A DNA stretch of 64,000 nucleotides from an uncultured Planctomycetota bacterium (GTDB lineage Bacteria; Planctomycetota; Planctomycetia; Isosphaerales; Isosphaeraceae), in the NCBI GenBank assembly GCA_963823665.1, contig CAWGMQ010000003.1, forward strand, positions 608,001 to 672,000. Reading direction: 5' to 3'. The translations under genes were made by a program, and so were the position numbers. The number at the start of each line of letters is the position of its first letter. Positions within the stretch are counted from its first letter, which is position 1. Below are positions 12,843 to 24,947 of this stretch, piece by piece. Under the pieces are notes generated by a model. The model worked only from the letters and a program-made list of their open reading frames with translations, was not told the origin of the DNA and searched no databases.

Positions 12843-12925
12843 TGGAGGCGGCGGGAATTGCACCCGCGTCCCGAGTAGCATAAACGACGGCCTCTGCGTG
12901 CGAAGGCGATGATTTGTGAGAACGG
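12843..12925 (-). mobile_element. Displaced tmRNA (ssrA) 3'-end fragment, putative att site
   Basis: Minus strand reads ACAAATCATCGCCTTCGCACGCAGAGGCCGTCGTTTATGCTACTCGGGACGCGGGTGCAATTCCCGCCGCCTCCA, giving a T-arm plus acceptor 3' strand typical of tmRNA. No tmRNA 5' end is visible ~350 nt upstream. Confidence 0.72.
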
Positions 12926-13320
12926 CGCCGGAAGTGAGAGGGGCGGGCGGCGCTGGAATAGGGACTGGGAGAAGCGAAAAAGCGCCACGATCGCTGAGTA
13001 CACGGTGGGGAGCTCGAGGTCGTGGGCAACAAGACTTCGGTTGCAGATCGCATGGGCCGAGCGGTGGATTTCGCAGCGGGGACTCGAACGGCTGTTGACT
13101 GCGACACCTGGGTCGGGCCAACCAGCCGAGGTTTTGTAGTCCGGCACTGTTGCGGTTGGGCTCGAAAAGGACTTGATCGAGCATGCCGCCACGTGCCGGA
13201 GCCTGGCGGCGTTTCGCAAGAAGCTCACGTCTTGAGGCGCTTGTCGGCTCGGCGGAGATCGTCTCCGAGTACCAGATGCTCAGTCACCCATGCCGGCAGG
13301 GTCGCGCCTGGCCGCGTGCG

Positions 13321-15163
13321 TCAATTGGTCCGGCCGTCGAGGGCCCGGTCGAGGTTGAAGGCAGCGCTGATCAGGGCCAGGTGCGTGAAGGCCTGCGGGA
13401 AGTTGCCCAGGGCCTCGCCGCTCGGCCCGGTCTGCTCGGCGTACAGTCCGAGGTGGTTGCCGTATCCCAGCATCTGCTCGAACAACAGGCGGGCCTCCTC
13501 CAGGCGGCGTGGGTCGGTGCGCCCGGCCCGGGTCAGTGCCTCCACCAGCCAGAAGCTGCACATGTTGAACGTCCCCTCCACGCCCGGCAGCCCGTCCGGC
13601 GCGGCCTTGGGGTCGTAGCGGTAGACCAGCCCGTCGGCGGCCAGCCCGCCCCGTGCGGCCGGCGTGCGGATCGCGTCCACCGTGGCCAGCATGCGCGGGT
13701 CGTTGGGGGCTGTGAAGAAGGTCAGCGGCATGAGCAGGGCGGAGGCGTCCAGGGCGTCGGAGCCGTATGACTGCACGAACGACCCCCGCGCCTCGCTCCA
13801 CCCCTTCGCCATCACCTCCTCGTAGACCGCGTCGCGGGCCTTGAGCCAGGTGGCCCGGTCGGCCGGGAAGGAACGCTTGTCCGCCAGTCGCAGTCCGCGG
13901 TCCAGCGCCACCCAGCACATGAACTTCGAGTAGACGAAGTGCTGCCGCCCGCCGCGCACCTCCCAGACGCCCTCGTCCGGGCGGCTCCCAGTTGTGGGCC
14001 ACCCAATCGACCAGGTCGCGGAGGCGCCTCCAGCCGTCGTAGCCGATCGGGTCGACATACTTGTTGAAGAGGTAGGCCGCGTCCAGCAGCTCGCCGTAGA
14101 TGTCAAGCTGAAGCTGCCTGTGGGCGGCGTTGCCGATCCGGACCGGCCTCGACCCCATGTAACCGTCGAGGTGCGGCAACTCCGCTTCGGCGAGGTCGGA
14201 CCGGCCGTCGATCGCGTACATGAGTTGCAGCGGCCCATCGCCGTGTGAGTCGCGCTCCTTGTAGCGAGCGGCCAGCCAGTCCCGGAATCGGGCCGCCTCC
14301 TCGGTGAACCCGATCCGCAGCAACGCGTACACCGTGAAGGCGGCGTCGCGGATCCAGGTGTAGCGGTAATCCCAGTTCCGCACCCCGCCGACCCCCTCCG
14401 GCAGGCTGGTGGTCGGGGCGGCGACGATCGCCCCGGTTGGCTGGTAGGTGAGCAGTTTTAGCGCCAGGGCCGAGCGCAGGACCGTCTCGCGCCACCGGCC
14501 CCGGTAGGTACAGCGGGCCGCCCATCGCTGCCAGTAGGCGACCGTGTCGCGGAACCAGTGCTCGGCCTCGCCGGTCCCGGGACACCGGCCGGGGTGGTCA
14601 TCCGGGGCGATCACCCGCAGGACGAACGTGGCGCTCTGGCCCTCGCCGAGGGGGAACGCGGCCACCGCCCCGCCGCCGTCCTGCCGGAGGGGGACCGACG
14701 AGGCCAACCCGAGGGACAGGCCCGCGCCGTCGAAGCGGGCGCCCTGCGCACTCACGGTAGTGGCGTGCCGCGACCGGGCGTAGTCGAACGCCGGGCGGCA
14801 CTCGACCTCCAGCGGCAGTTGCCCCCGGACCACCCGCACCCGGCGGACGAGCTGGGCATCCGGCCCGGCCCCGGGCTCGACCGGCATGTAGTCCTCGACC
14901 TCGGCGATGCCGTCGGGGTGCAGGAAGCGGGTGACCAGAACGTTGGTTTCCGGCCAGTAGTATTGCTTGTGGCGGAGATTGCCCGTCGCGGCCGGGGCAA
15001 TCCGGAACCGCCCCCCCTGCTCCGCATCGAGGATCGCGCCGAACACGCTGGGCGAGTCGAAGTGCGGCAGGCACAGCCAATCGACCGACCCGTCCAGGCT
15101 AATCAAGGCGGCGGTGTGCATGTTCCCGACGATGCCGTGGTTCTCGATCGGTTGGTAGCGCAT
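13321..15163 (-). CDS. Glycoside hydrolase family 15 (glucoamylase/trehalase-like), frameshift near 13985
   Basis: [39 protein letters not shown] and [10 protein letters not shown]. Confidence 0.92.
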
Positions 15164-15178
15164 CGGCGTCGGCTCCCG

Positions 15179-15907
15179 TTACCAGCGGCCAAAATGGGCA
15201 CCGCCATCGACGTACAGGATGTGACCCGTAACCGTTGTGGCGTCGGTGAGGTACATGACAGCCTCCGCGATTTCCTTGACCGTCGAAGGCTGACCCATCG
15301 GAGACAGGCTCTCCATCACGTCCTTCGGAGTGTTCAGGTGAAGCGGTGTATAGACGACGCCGGGCGCGACCGCGTTGACGCGGATGCCGTCTTTGGCGTA
15401 CTCCATCGCCAGGTGCTGAGTGATCGTTTCCAGACCGCCCTTGGTGATCATCGGCACCGCTGCCGTCAAGGCCCGGTTGGGGTTGTGCGCCAGGGCCGCC
15501 GTGATCGTGACGATGCTCCCGCCGGTCCCCTGAGCCAACATTTGCTTGATGGCGAGTTGGGTGACGTACAGGAAGCCCTCGAGGTTCGTCGAGACGAGCG
15601 ACCTGAAGTCCTCGGCCGTGTAGTCCATGAACGGTTTGGTGAAGAAGATGCCGGCGTTATTGACCAGCACGTCGATCGAGTGGAAGTGAGCCAGTGCAGT
15701 CTGGACGAGTCGGGCGGCGGTTGCCGGCTCGCCGATGTCGCCGTCCACCAGGACGACCTGGTTGGAGGCGGCGACCTCGGCGGATTGGGTTATCTTCCGG
15801 GAATTGGCGACGACGTTGAAACCGCGCTCGACGAACGCTTTGACGATGCCCGCGCCGATGCCCTGCGAGGCTCCCGTCACAATGGCTGTCCTCTGCTGGA
15901 TGCTCAT
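15179..15907 (-). CDS. Short-chain dehydrogenase/reductase
   Basis: TGASQGIG, NNAG and IRVNAVAPG; the YxxxK site appears as MITK (atypical). Confidence 0.9.
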   Translation of the reverse strand: MSIQQRTAIVTGASQGIGAGIVKAFVERGFNVVANSRKITQSAEVAASNQVVLVDGDIGEPATAARLVQTALAHFHSIDVLVNNAGIFFTKPFMDYTAEDFRSLVSTNLEGFLYVTQLAIKQMLAQGTGGSIVTITAALAHNPNRALTAAVPMITKGGLETITQHLAMEYAKDGIRVNAVAPGVVYTPLHLNTPKDVMESLSPMGQPSTVKEIAEAVMYLTDATTVTGHILYVDGGAHFGRW

Positions 15908-16074
15908 GGTTGCTTACCTCGAAACGGCCCTTTCCCTCGAAGAATCCGATGCACAGGCATCCGCTTCGAGAGCCGGCTTGCCGTCTTCACGACCAGGTAC
16001 GGGCACGTCGTCGACGATCAGGATGACGCCAATCATAGTTGCGCACCGCGCCCCGGGGAACTCAGTTGTCCGGT

Positions 16075-16175
16075 CTACCCCGGCGGGGGACCGAACATTT
16101 CGACGCCGTACTCCCTGGCCAGGGCGACGACCTGGTCTAGATCGGGCCGCCCCTGCCAGACCAGTTCATCCACTT
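16075..16175 (-). pseudogene. C-terminal gene remnant, possibly of a cupin-type protein
   Basis: RPDLDQVVALAREYGVEMFGPPPG* resembles cupin-protein C-termini; the upstream frame is not protein-like. Confidence 0.35.
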
Positions 16176-16434
16176 CCACGCCCGACCTGCACCACGTTTC
16201 CGCTCCGGTCGAGGCAAAGCTGACCCCCTCGGCGCGGCGCAATGAGAGTTGGGCGCGTAGAGTACGGTTGCCGGCGCCAAATGGCAATAAAGCAATTCTC
16301 GCGCCGCAGTCAGAGTTGTTTTGCCTGCCGCGTCGATCAAGGTCGAACCGGTTAAGTCGAAGCGAAAGACGGGCTTGTGCTGACTGGCCGACTCCAGACT
16401 CCACGATCGCCCCGCTCGCGCCGTGCGGGCCACA

Positions 16435-18040
16435 TCACAGATAACCAGAACCGGGTGGCGCCCGTAACCCCCGGGCCGCATGGGCCAGCGAGACCGCGAC
16501 CAACAGGCCGATGGCGAGCATCATCAGGCTCAGGAACCGCAGGCCGCTACGGAACCCATGGGCAACACCCTCGAGCGTCGCGAAACTGCCGAGGACTCTG
16601 CTGGTCTCGTGCTGGAGCCCTGCGCCGGAGAGGCCCCGCTGGTGGAAATAGTCGGCAACTCGGGCAGAAGCCTGCTCGACCGCGGGCCGGTTCTCACGGA
16701 GGTTCAGGCGATACACGTCCACGGCCCTGTCGGACCAGGCCTTGACAATCGTCGCTGTGGCGTTCGGGACCGTTTCGATCGGCACCAGCAGTCCGACCAG
16801 GCCCAACGCGAAACCGTAAAGCATATACTTCGGTTCCAATCCTTCGACCTCGTCCATGAGGAACACAGGGGGAATCAAGCCGAGAAATGCTCCCCAGCAG
16901 GCGAGCATGACCGCCAGATGCTCCTTGGCCGTGTAATTATCGATCGAAGACAACCACCAGACAGTTGCCGAACATCCGATCATCCCCACGATCAGCCAGA
17001 GATGACGCAGCGACCGTGAGTGAAACCAAGTTGTCAGGAACGTCGTCGTCGCCATGGCGAGGGAGGTCGGCACCATGAGCCAGCCCGCCACGACTCGGGG
17101 ATAGCCCCGTAACTCAGTGCAATACATGCCGACGATTGTCAGCACTGCCGCCATGTATAAAAGCAACAGGCCGCGGGTCATTAAGCTCAGAACGTACACA
17201 CGAGAGCCGAGGACGTGCTTCAGATGCTCGTCGCGACTCAGACCCGACCCCAACCAGGCTGCCAGAGCCAGCGGTAAGGCCACGCAAAGGGCAACGCACC
17301 CGAGGAAGGCGTTTGAAGACCACCCGCCCCATCGGCGGTACCACGAGAAAGCGAAGTCGATCGCGATGAGCCAGGCCACGAAGGTGGTGATGGCGAGCCA
17401 GTCGAGTCTCAGCCGCATTGGTTTTGGCGGCCGGTCGGGTCGGAAGAAGAACCAGACGAGTACCATCGCGATCAACGAAACCGGGACGTAAGCCCAGTAT
17501 GTCCACCGCCATGAAAGGTATACATCAATATAGGCATTAATAAGAGGAGTGCAGTGACGCGTCGAGTACGCGAATACGCCATAGAAGCCGATTGCCACCA
17601 TCAGCGCGGTCGAACTGTTTGTAAAGCGTGGCGCGGCCTACGGCCATTAACATCAGCTTGCCAAACCCCTCGACCAATCGGCCAAAGGCGAGGCTCGAAA
17701 GCCCTGTCGCAGCGCCACAAAGCACATTCCCGACGCAAAATACGAACAAACCAATGAGGAGTGTATCGCGCTTGCCGAACCGAACTGACAACACCGTGCC
17801 CGTGAAGAGACCGTAGATGCATCCGACCAGGTACGCGACGTTGACCCAGATCATGTCGTAACTATCCACCTCGACGCCCAGGCGGATTTCGTCGTCGATG
17901 ATGACCGTCTGGACCAGCGTCTGGTAGGGCGCGAAGAGAACAAAGAGCATGGCCAGGGCGGCCAGCCAGTGGCGGGGCTCGAGCATGTAGGGCGCCGGGG
18001 CGTCGATCGGGTTTGGGGCAGAAACGGCAAGCGTTGTCAT
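16435..18040 (-). CDS. MFS efflux permease (DHA2/EmrB-like), frameshift near 17605
   Basis: Many TM segments; SVRFGKR motif A, FGRLVEGFG and SWRWTYW; overlaps the upstream HlyD gene. Confidence 0.85.
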
Positions 18041-19495
18041 GGCCGCTCCCCAGCGGTCGATACGTTTCCGTCGACGGCCGTTTCCCCAAAGTTCTCCCTG
18101 GCGTTGTAGCGCATCTCGAGTTGCTTCATTGCCCGGGACGCATCCGCCGCCCAGGCGGCGTCGCCAGGACCATGAGCGATTCCCACGGTCCCGGATAGCC
18201 CGGCGCGGAGTTGCTGCCAGCGGTCGTCTCGTTCGATCTGGATGCGGACGGGCACGCGCTGAACGACGTGCGTGAACTCTCCGGAGACCACATTCCTCGG
18301 CATGAGCGCGAACTGTGCGCCGGTCGATTTGTTGACCCAGACCACCCTCCCTCGGAATGGCGCCGAGAAGGCGTCGAGCTTGATGTGAACCGGATTACCA
18401 GGTTCGACGCCAGGCAAGCGATCCTCTTCCAGGTTGGCCTCCATGTACAGGAGATCCGGATTGTACATGCTGAGCAGAGGCGAGCCCGCCGGCGAGTAAT
18501 CGCCCAGGTGCCGGTAACGTTTCACCACGATTCCGGGAAACGGCGCTCGGATTTTCGTGTATTCGAGGTCATTCTCGGCGGCTTCCAGCGCACGTCGCGC
18601 TTGTTCGACTCCTGCGCTCCTTGACCTTGACCAGCAGGTCCAGCTCGCGGATCTGGTCGTAGCCGACCTCGGCGAGGTTGATACCTGTTGAGGCTTTCAG
18701 CGCCGACTTCTGGGCTGACTCCAATGTGCGACGTGCGACGTCGACCTGGGTCAAAGAGGCGACCGCCTTCGCCAGTCGGGCCTGGTTCAGGTCGACCTGG
18801 GCGAGGGCCGAGTCACGGGACTGCGTCATCTGCTGCTGGCGCTGGAGCGTGCTGGCCCCCTGCTGTTCGAGTCGGGTAAAGCGTGAGTATTCAATTTCTG
18901 CGAGTTTCAGGGACGCCTGCGCCGCCTTCAGCGCGGCCCGGGCCTCGTCGATGCCTTTCTCCACGTCATCGCGGGTTAGCTTGAGCACTTCCTCTGCCTT
19001 GGCCTGGTCGGCTCCTGCGGCGGCGAACGTGCGTCGGGCGATCTCGATCTGAATCGGCACTTCTTTACGGACCCGGTCCACGTCAGCTCGCTGGCGGGCC
19101 AGTTCCGCCTCCGCCGACTCGAGTTGAGCCCGGCCGATGTTGACCTTATCCTGGTAGGGTATGGGATCGATCTCCGCCAGGACCTGCCCCTGGACCACCT
19201 GGTCGTTCTCATCGACGTGGTAGCGCATCAGTCGTCCGGAGACCAACTGCGGTGCGACGTTGACAATGTGGGCCTCAACGAAGACGTCGTCGGTTATGGA
19301 GTGGGTTCGCCGGAATTCGATCCAGCTTAGCGCAGCCGGAAGTCCAATCGCGATGAAGGCAACGACCAGCGCGAGCGCAATGAGCCGTCCGGGACGGAGC
19401 CATGCGCGACGACCAGGGGCATGGCTTGGCGCGCTTGGCTGCTGGGTTGCCGATTCGTGGTCCGGAGGAGCCGGGGGAGCCTGCATTGTACTCAT
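18037..19495 (-). CDS. HlyD/EmrA-family membrane fusion protein, frameshift near 18605
   Basis: N-terminal TM, ITDDVFVEAH, coiled coil and GEFTHVVQRVPVRI. Confidence 0.88.
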
Positions 19496-19526
19496 TGGTG
19501 GTGGTCCTGACGCGCAATTACGCTCT

Positions 19527-19626
19527 CTAGTGATGAGCGGAGGCCATGGTCATCGCTTGTTGCCGACTCCCATGGCGTAATGCAGGCGTTCCATTGCGAT
19601 CAGATAATTGTACCGCGCGTTGAGTT
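19527..19626 (-). pseudogene. 3' remnant of a TolC-family gene
   Basis: Encodes LNARYNYLIAMERLHYAMGV... and is colinear with the 3' end of the TolC gene at 37615-37715. Confidence 0.8.
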
Positions 19627-19628
19627 CA

Positions 19629-20162
19629 TTAACCTGGAATGCGATCGAGCGACTGACCATCGGACGCGGCCAGGGTGGACTGAATGAGCTTTGCCCGATC
19701 TACGTCCACGTTCGTCTTTAGCACCGTTCCTCCCATTCCTCGTATCCCGTGCAGGATCGCATCCATCTCTGCTGCCTCATCGAGGACGAAGAGGACGGAA
19801 GTCCCGGGCTTGATTCGATCTGCAACTTCACGGACGAACTTGTCGCTGATTCCGACCACGCCTGAGTCGACGCCGACCACGCCCAGCAAGGCACTGACAC
19901 CAGCACTGCAGAGTGGTGGCGCGCCCAGCGCCAGGCCTGCAAGAAGGTGCGCGAGCGTGCGGGGTGGCATGTGTTTCACGAGCGGGAAGGACTCACCGTT
20001 CAGAGTAAAGGAGCCGTCCTCATAACGTATGGCTAGCGCCACGTCCAACAGGATCAGGCCTCGCTTCTCTCTGCCGAGACTGGTGATCTTTTCGCGGAAC
20101 TGTTCCGCTCGACTCGTGCCGTCGAATGCGATCGCCCAAAGGTGACCGGGTTTAACATTCAT
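19629..20162 (-). CDS. DUF1269-family membrane-associated protein
   Basis: LWAIAFD, glycine-rich central hydrophobic stretch, GISDKFVREV..IKPGTSVLFVL and GGTVLKTN. Confidence 0.75.
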   Translation of the reverse strand: MNVKPGHLWAIAFDGTSRAEQFREKITSLGREKRGLILLDVALAIRYEDGSFTLNGESFPLVKHMPPRTLAHLLAGLALGAPPLCSAGVSALLGVVGVDSGVVGISDKFVREVADRIKPGTSVLFVLDEAAEMDAILHGIRGMGGTVLKTNVDVDRAKLIQSTLAASDGQSLDRIPG

Positions 20163-20380
20163 GGCGAGCTCCCTCCCCGGGGGATTCGCCGCACCTCGCC
20201 GAAGACTTCTGGACGGTCCAGGCACAAGTGGCCGGCGGCGACCTCCCAAACCGGGCCAAGCCCAAGGATCGTAACTTGGTACGGGTATGTTGTGCTACTT
20301 GTGGACGAAAGTTTCAGTTCTGTTTTGAAAACGCCCGACCCAGCCGTCGACGGTTTTCGCACTCTTCGTCTCGGAGCAAC

Positions 20381-21619
20381 CTATCCGACGGCCGCTGCCT
20401 CCCGTTCTTTTGTGTTCGGGACGGTGCCACTCGCGTGCAACCCGTCGATTTCGGTCGCGCTGAAGCCGAGTTGCTCGAGAACCTGTTCGTTGTGTTCTCC
20501 CAGTGCCGGGGCGCGCCTCGCAGGCACTTTGGTGACGCCGTGCACCTTGATTGGACTGCTGATCGTCGAGGTCAGCTTGCCGCCTGCCCCTTCGAGCGGA
20601 ACGATGATGTCGTTTGCCCGCAGTTGCAGATCGTCGATGACTTCTTGCGGCCCCCGCACGGCGCCAATCGTGACGTGGACGCCCGCGAAGACCTCGTACC
20701 ATTTTGTCATCGGCTGCGAGCCGAAGGCGTCGTCCAGAATGGCGGTCAACTGCGGCATGTTCTGAATCAGCTTGGCCGGATCGGAGAATCGCGGATCCGT
20801 CAGGAGATCCGCGCGGCCAATGGCTTTCCCGACCGCGGCCAGCTTGTCGGGCGTGACGATGAGCACGAACCAGGTGCCATCCGAGGCGCGATACACATTG
20901 AGCGCGGCATTGGCGGGGTTCTTTCGGTCGTGCGGCTCGAAGAATGTGGCCTCGCACAGCGCGGCCTGGATCGAAACGCTGGCCGACCAGACGCCTTCCG
21001 CCAGTAGCGACGTCGTGACGTAGGATCCCTGGCCGGTGCGCTCGCGACGATACAGTGCCGTCACTATCGCGGCGTACAAACCGACGGCGGTGGCGTTGTC
21101 GCCGCTGCCGGCCACCGGCCAGGTCGGCGGCTCGCCGGCGTCGCGTGTCATCGACAGCAGTCCGCTTCGCGCCCAGTACGACGTGATGTCGAATCCCGGC
21201 AGATCGGCGTCGGGCCCTTTTTCGCCGAAGCCCGTGACGTCCGCATAAATCAGGCGCGGGTTCCATAGCGCCACATCGTCGTATTCCAGCTTCAGTCGCT
21301 TGCGTGCGGGATGCGGTGTGTTGACGATGAGCACGTCGGCCCACTTGACCAGCCGCTCGAGAACCTGCGGAGCGCTCGGAGACTTCAGATCAAGCGTGAT
21401 GCCGCGCTTGTTGCGGTTGGCCAGGTGCCAGGGATAGGCGTCATTCGCTTGCGGCTGCGGCGGGATCTTGTGCCCCTTTCTCCAGCCGTCCCCGGTGGGC
21501 GGCTCAACCTTGATCACGTCCGCTCCGAAGTCGGATAGGATCACCCCGGCGCTCGGGCCGGCGATGAAGCTTGCCAGGTCCACGACCTTCAGGCCGGCAA
21601 AGATATTGTCACTGCTCAT
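20381..21619 (-). CDS. Family III CoA-transferase (CaiB/BaiF), copy 1
   Basis: [35 protein letters not shown] and APALGEHN. Confidence 0.93.
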   Translation of the reverse strand: MSSDNIFAGLKVVDLASFIAGPSAGVILSDFGADVIKVEPPTGDGWRKGHKIPPQPQANDAYPWHLANRNKRGITLDLKSPSAPQVLERLVKWADVLIVNTPHPARKRLKLEYDDVALWNPRLIYADVTGFGEKGPDADLPGFDITSYWARSGLLSMTRDAGEPPTWPVAGSGDNATAVGLYAAIVTALYRRERTGQGSYVTTSLLAEGVWSASVSIQAALCEATFFEPHDRKNPANAALNVYRASDGTWFVLIVTPDKLAAVGKAIGRADLLTDPRFSDPAKLIQNMPQLTAILDDAFGSQPMTKWYEVFAGVHVTIGAVRGPQEVIDDLQLRANDIIVPLEGAGGKLTSTISSPIKVHGVTKVPARRAPALGEHNEQVLEQLGFSATEIDGLHASGTVPNTKEREAAAVG

Positions 21620-21661
21620 GCGTCACCTCTTGGATCTCCTCATCCTTGATGAAAGCTGCGT

Positions 21662-24600
21662 TTACCTCGAATTTCGACTCTCCCTCCGCTTATCTACTGA
21701 GCGGGGAGCCTGGTCAAAGGGTCGCTCTCCGGAGCGCCCGCAAGTCACTCGATGGTTTGTGCGCCGGATCAGGGCGTCAATCTCACCCCACAGCGCGCGG
21801 TCTTGCTGGCGTTCGGCCAGGGGCAGCTCATCCAACGATTCCTGGTCCAGCAGCCCGGCCAGGTCAGGGTCGGTCCACAGATGCGTCAACCGGTCCCAAA
21901 CCACGATGCGATCAGGAGCCGGACCGTGGTCCAGCACACTGGTCCAGAGGGTGACCTCGGCGCGAAGCAAATCGCGGGCCTGCTCGCGCCAGCGCGCCCG
22001 CTCCGCTGGGCTGAGATTGGCCGCGTCGCCGCGGCCACATCCGGCCAGCGCGGTGGCGCAGGCGGTCCGGTAGCGGAGGTCGCCACGGATGTCCCCGGCC
22101 GCTTGCGGCGACGCGGTCAGTGCCTCGACGAACAGGCATGCGACGGAGACCGTGCGCCCAGGATGCCGCAGAGCTCCGCGAACTCGAGGGTCTCGGACGC
22201 GTCGGCGGGCTTGTCGTTGCCCTGGAGGACCGCGGGAAGACGGTCCTGCAGCGCGATCAGGCGCTCGCAGCGCCGGAGCTGGGCGAGGACGTTGGCGTGC
22301 AGCTCGTGGCCTTGGGGAAGCTGGTCGAGGCAGCGGTGGGTCGCGGCCAGGGCGTCGCGAAATCGCCCCAGGGCCAGGAGCGCCTGGCCCAGCGCCGCGT
22401 CCGCCCCGAGGAGCCCCGGTTTGATCCGGAGGGCGGTCTCATAATGGCCGATCGCCGCGTTCAGCCGGTCCACGCGGCGCGGCGTGAGGCCGAGGTTGTT
22501 GTGGGAGGGCGTGAACTTCGGATCGATGGATAAGGCCAATTTATAGAGAATTATTCCCCAAGCCTGCGCGCGACCGAAAGTCTTTTCGTGGGCCTTGGCA
22601 TCCGCGGCGTCGATCAACAGGGCGTGCTGATAGCGGCCAATGGCCGCGTCCATCCGGCCGCTGCCCGCCAAAGCGACGCCGAGCATGTATTCGGCCCGGG
22701 CGAACTCGGGGTCGATCCGCAGCGCCTGCCGGTAGTGGTCGATCGCCTCGTCCAACCCGCCCTGATAGGCCCGGATCTCGGCGAGGTTGTAGTGAGCCGG
22801 GGCCAGCTCGGGGTCGAGCCGGACGGCCTCCCGGAAGTGCTGAACCGCTTCGGGCCACTTGCCCTCGCCTTTCAGGGCCAGGCCGAGGTTATTGTGGGCC
22901 GGGGCGAAGTGGCGATCGATTTGGAGGGCCTTTTCGTAGTCGTCGTAGGCCGCGGGCCAGTCCTTTTTGGCGAACGCGATGAGGCCGCGGTCGTTGTAGA
23001 CGGCGGCCAGTCCCCGCCGGAGCTCGACGCCCGCTGGTACGCGGCGTCCGCGCCCTTATGGTCGCCGCCTTCCTGCAACGCCCGGGCCAGGGTCAAGGCG
23101 GCCCAGAAATCATCCGGATGCGCCTGGTGCACCCGGGCGAGGAATGTGGTCCCGTCGCCGCCGAGGTCGTGTAACCGCTCGCCAATCGCGACTAGAAACG
23201 GCGCGGGCTGGTTTGCCACCGGCGCGGTCCCGGCCAATTGGGCCAGGGCGGTGCGGTCGGCCCACGCCGCGGGAGAGCGGGCGCGGTCGCGCCAGGCGTC
23301 CGGGTCCGCTTTCTGCGCGACGCCCAGGACCCACGCCCGGCGGCGCTCGTCGGCGGCACAAATCGCCCAGTCGGCCAGAGCGGCCAGCAACGGCGGGCGC
23401 GAGGCCGAAGCCGCGATCCGCGCCGCCACATGTGCCCGGTTATCGCCGATCGCCCCGAACCGCGCTTCGCGGAACGCCGACTCGTAGTTTCGGTCCGCCC
23501 GTGAGTTGTTGAAGCGCCGCTCTGCCACGGCGTTGAACCGTCCTTCGACAAGAGTGGCGCGATTCAGATGGATGGCGTCCAACCGGGCCACCAGGGCTTG
23601 CTCACGGCGGGCCCGGTCCCGTTCGCGTCGGATGCTCGCGTCGTGTTCCGACCTCAGCCACAGACCGCCGCCGACCAGCGCGACCCCCAGCAGCGTGCCG
23701 AGCGCGAGGGCCGCCGCCTGGACCCGCCGGCGACCTAACCACCGGACTGACCGTTCCAGAGGTCCGCTCGGGCGGGCGGTGATCGGCTCTGCCCGCTCGA
23801 AGCGGCGAAGGTCCGCCGCCAGCGCGGCGGCGCTCGAGTAGCGGCGGTGCGGTTCCTTGCGCAGGCACTTCAGGCAGATGACCTCCAGGTCGCGAGGGAC
23901 CTTCGCGTTCCAGCGTGAGGGGGGTGTGGGCTCCTGTTCGACGACTTGCCGCAGCGTCTCCGCCGTTGTTTCCGCCCGGAATGGAGGTCGTCCCGTCAGC
24001 GCCTCATACAGAATGGCCCCCAGCGCATAGACGTCCGCAACCGGTCCGATCGAGTGCGTCAGGCCCAGCGCCTGCTCCGGGGCCATGTAGTTCGGCGTGC
24101 CCAACGGAATTCCGCTGCGGGACAGCCCCGCCCCATCATCCAGCCGCCGGGCCAGCCCGAAGTCGGCGATCTTGGGGGTGCCATCTTCTGTCAAGAGAAC
24201 GTTGCCCGGCTTCAAGTCGCGGTGGACGATACCGCGGTCGTGGGCCGCCTGGACGGCCTCAGCCACTGTGGCGAGGAGCATGGCGGCCGGGCCGCCGGCG
24301 AGTGGGGTGCCGGCGAGCTTCTCGGCGAGGCTGCCCCCTTCGACAAATTCCATGGTGAAGTACGGCCGGCCCTCGAAGTCGCCGACCTGGTACACCTGCA
24401 CGATGTTGGCGTGTCGCAGGCCCGCGGCCGCCTCTGCCTCGCGTTCGAAGCGCTCCCGTTCGTCTGGTCGGGCAAAGTCGCCGGCCAGCAGCATCTTGAT
24501 GGCGACCGGGCGGTGGAGGCGCTGATCCCACGCCCGGTACACAACACCCATGCCGCCCCGGCCCAGCTCGTCCTGCACTTCGTAGCCGCTGAGATGAGGC

Positions 24601-24818
24601 GGTTGGGCGGTCCACGGCCTGGCCGCCGCCGTGCCGGCCTCGGAGCCGGCGGACGAGGGAAGCAGGACGTCGAGCTTGGCCTCGAGCCGGCGCACGTATT
24701 GCAGGCGCGCCTTGACCTCGGCCAGCAACTCGGCGTCGCCCGGGCACACCTCCTCAGGGCTCTTACCCGTATCGAGGATTACCTCGAGCAGGTCTCGCAG
24801 GTCTCGCTCGCCTGCCAT
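21662..24818 (-). CDS. Ser/Thr kinase-TPR protein B (frameshifts near 23027 and 22155)
   Basis: LGRGGMGVVY, HRDLKPGN, DFGLAR, GTPNYMAPEQ; TM segment and TPRs. The 23027 shift is a 1-nt deletion relative to paralog A at 26948. Confidence 0.88.
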
Positions 24819-24825
24819 CGTTGGG
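23676..24825. repeat. 1150-bp direct repeat, copy 1 (kinase domain)
   Basis: Matches 27597-28746 (offset 3921). Only one difference noticed, T24303 vs G28224, which is synonymous. Confidence 0.9.
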
Positions 24826-24898
24826 ATCTCCACACGGGTGTGGCCGGTGGATGCTGGAGGCGGTATACTGAGCACGCGCACCACTACCACCAGACAAA

Positions 24899-24915
24899 AG
24901 CGTGGTGGGTGGACA
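24899..24915 (-). promoter_or_regulatory. Conserved motif TGTCCAC-N3-CCACGCT, copy 1
   Basis: TGTCCACCCACCACGCT between divergent kinase B and the ECF sigma, pointing at the kinase. Confidence 0.55.
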
Positions 24916-24947
24916 TTCACCCCGGTCGAAGCGACGAGTCGCGTTTC

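Noticed and set aside
12843..13230. Full-length tmRNA or tRNA gene
   Set aside because: Only the 3' T-arm/acceptor region is recognisable; no 5' acceptor strand, anticodon arm or tag reading frame was found.
15914..16036. 40-aa ORF MIGVILIVDD... upstream of the SDR gene
   Set aside because: No clear RBS or recognisable motif.
14558..16444. Long plus-strand ORFs (628 aa here; also 50781-52376, 47814-49091, 35370-36632)
   Set aside because: Antisense shadows of well-supported minus-strand genes in GC-rich DNA.
23946..24947. N-terminal 334 aa of the 542-aa ORF as part of the sigma factor
   Set aside because: It is antisense to kinase B; the paralog comparison places the sigma start at 24948.
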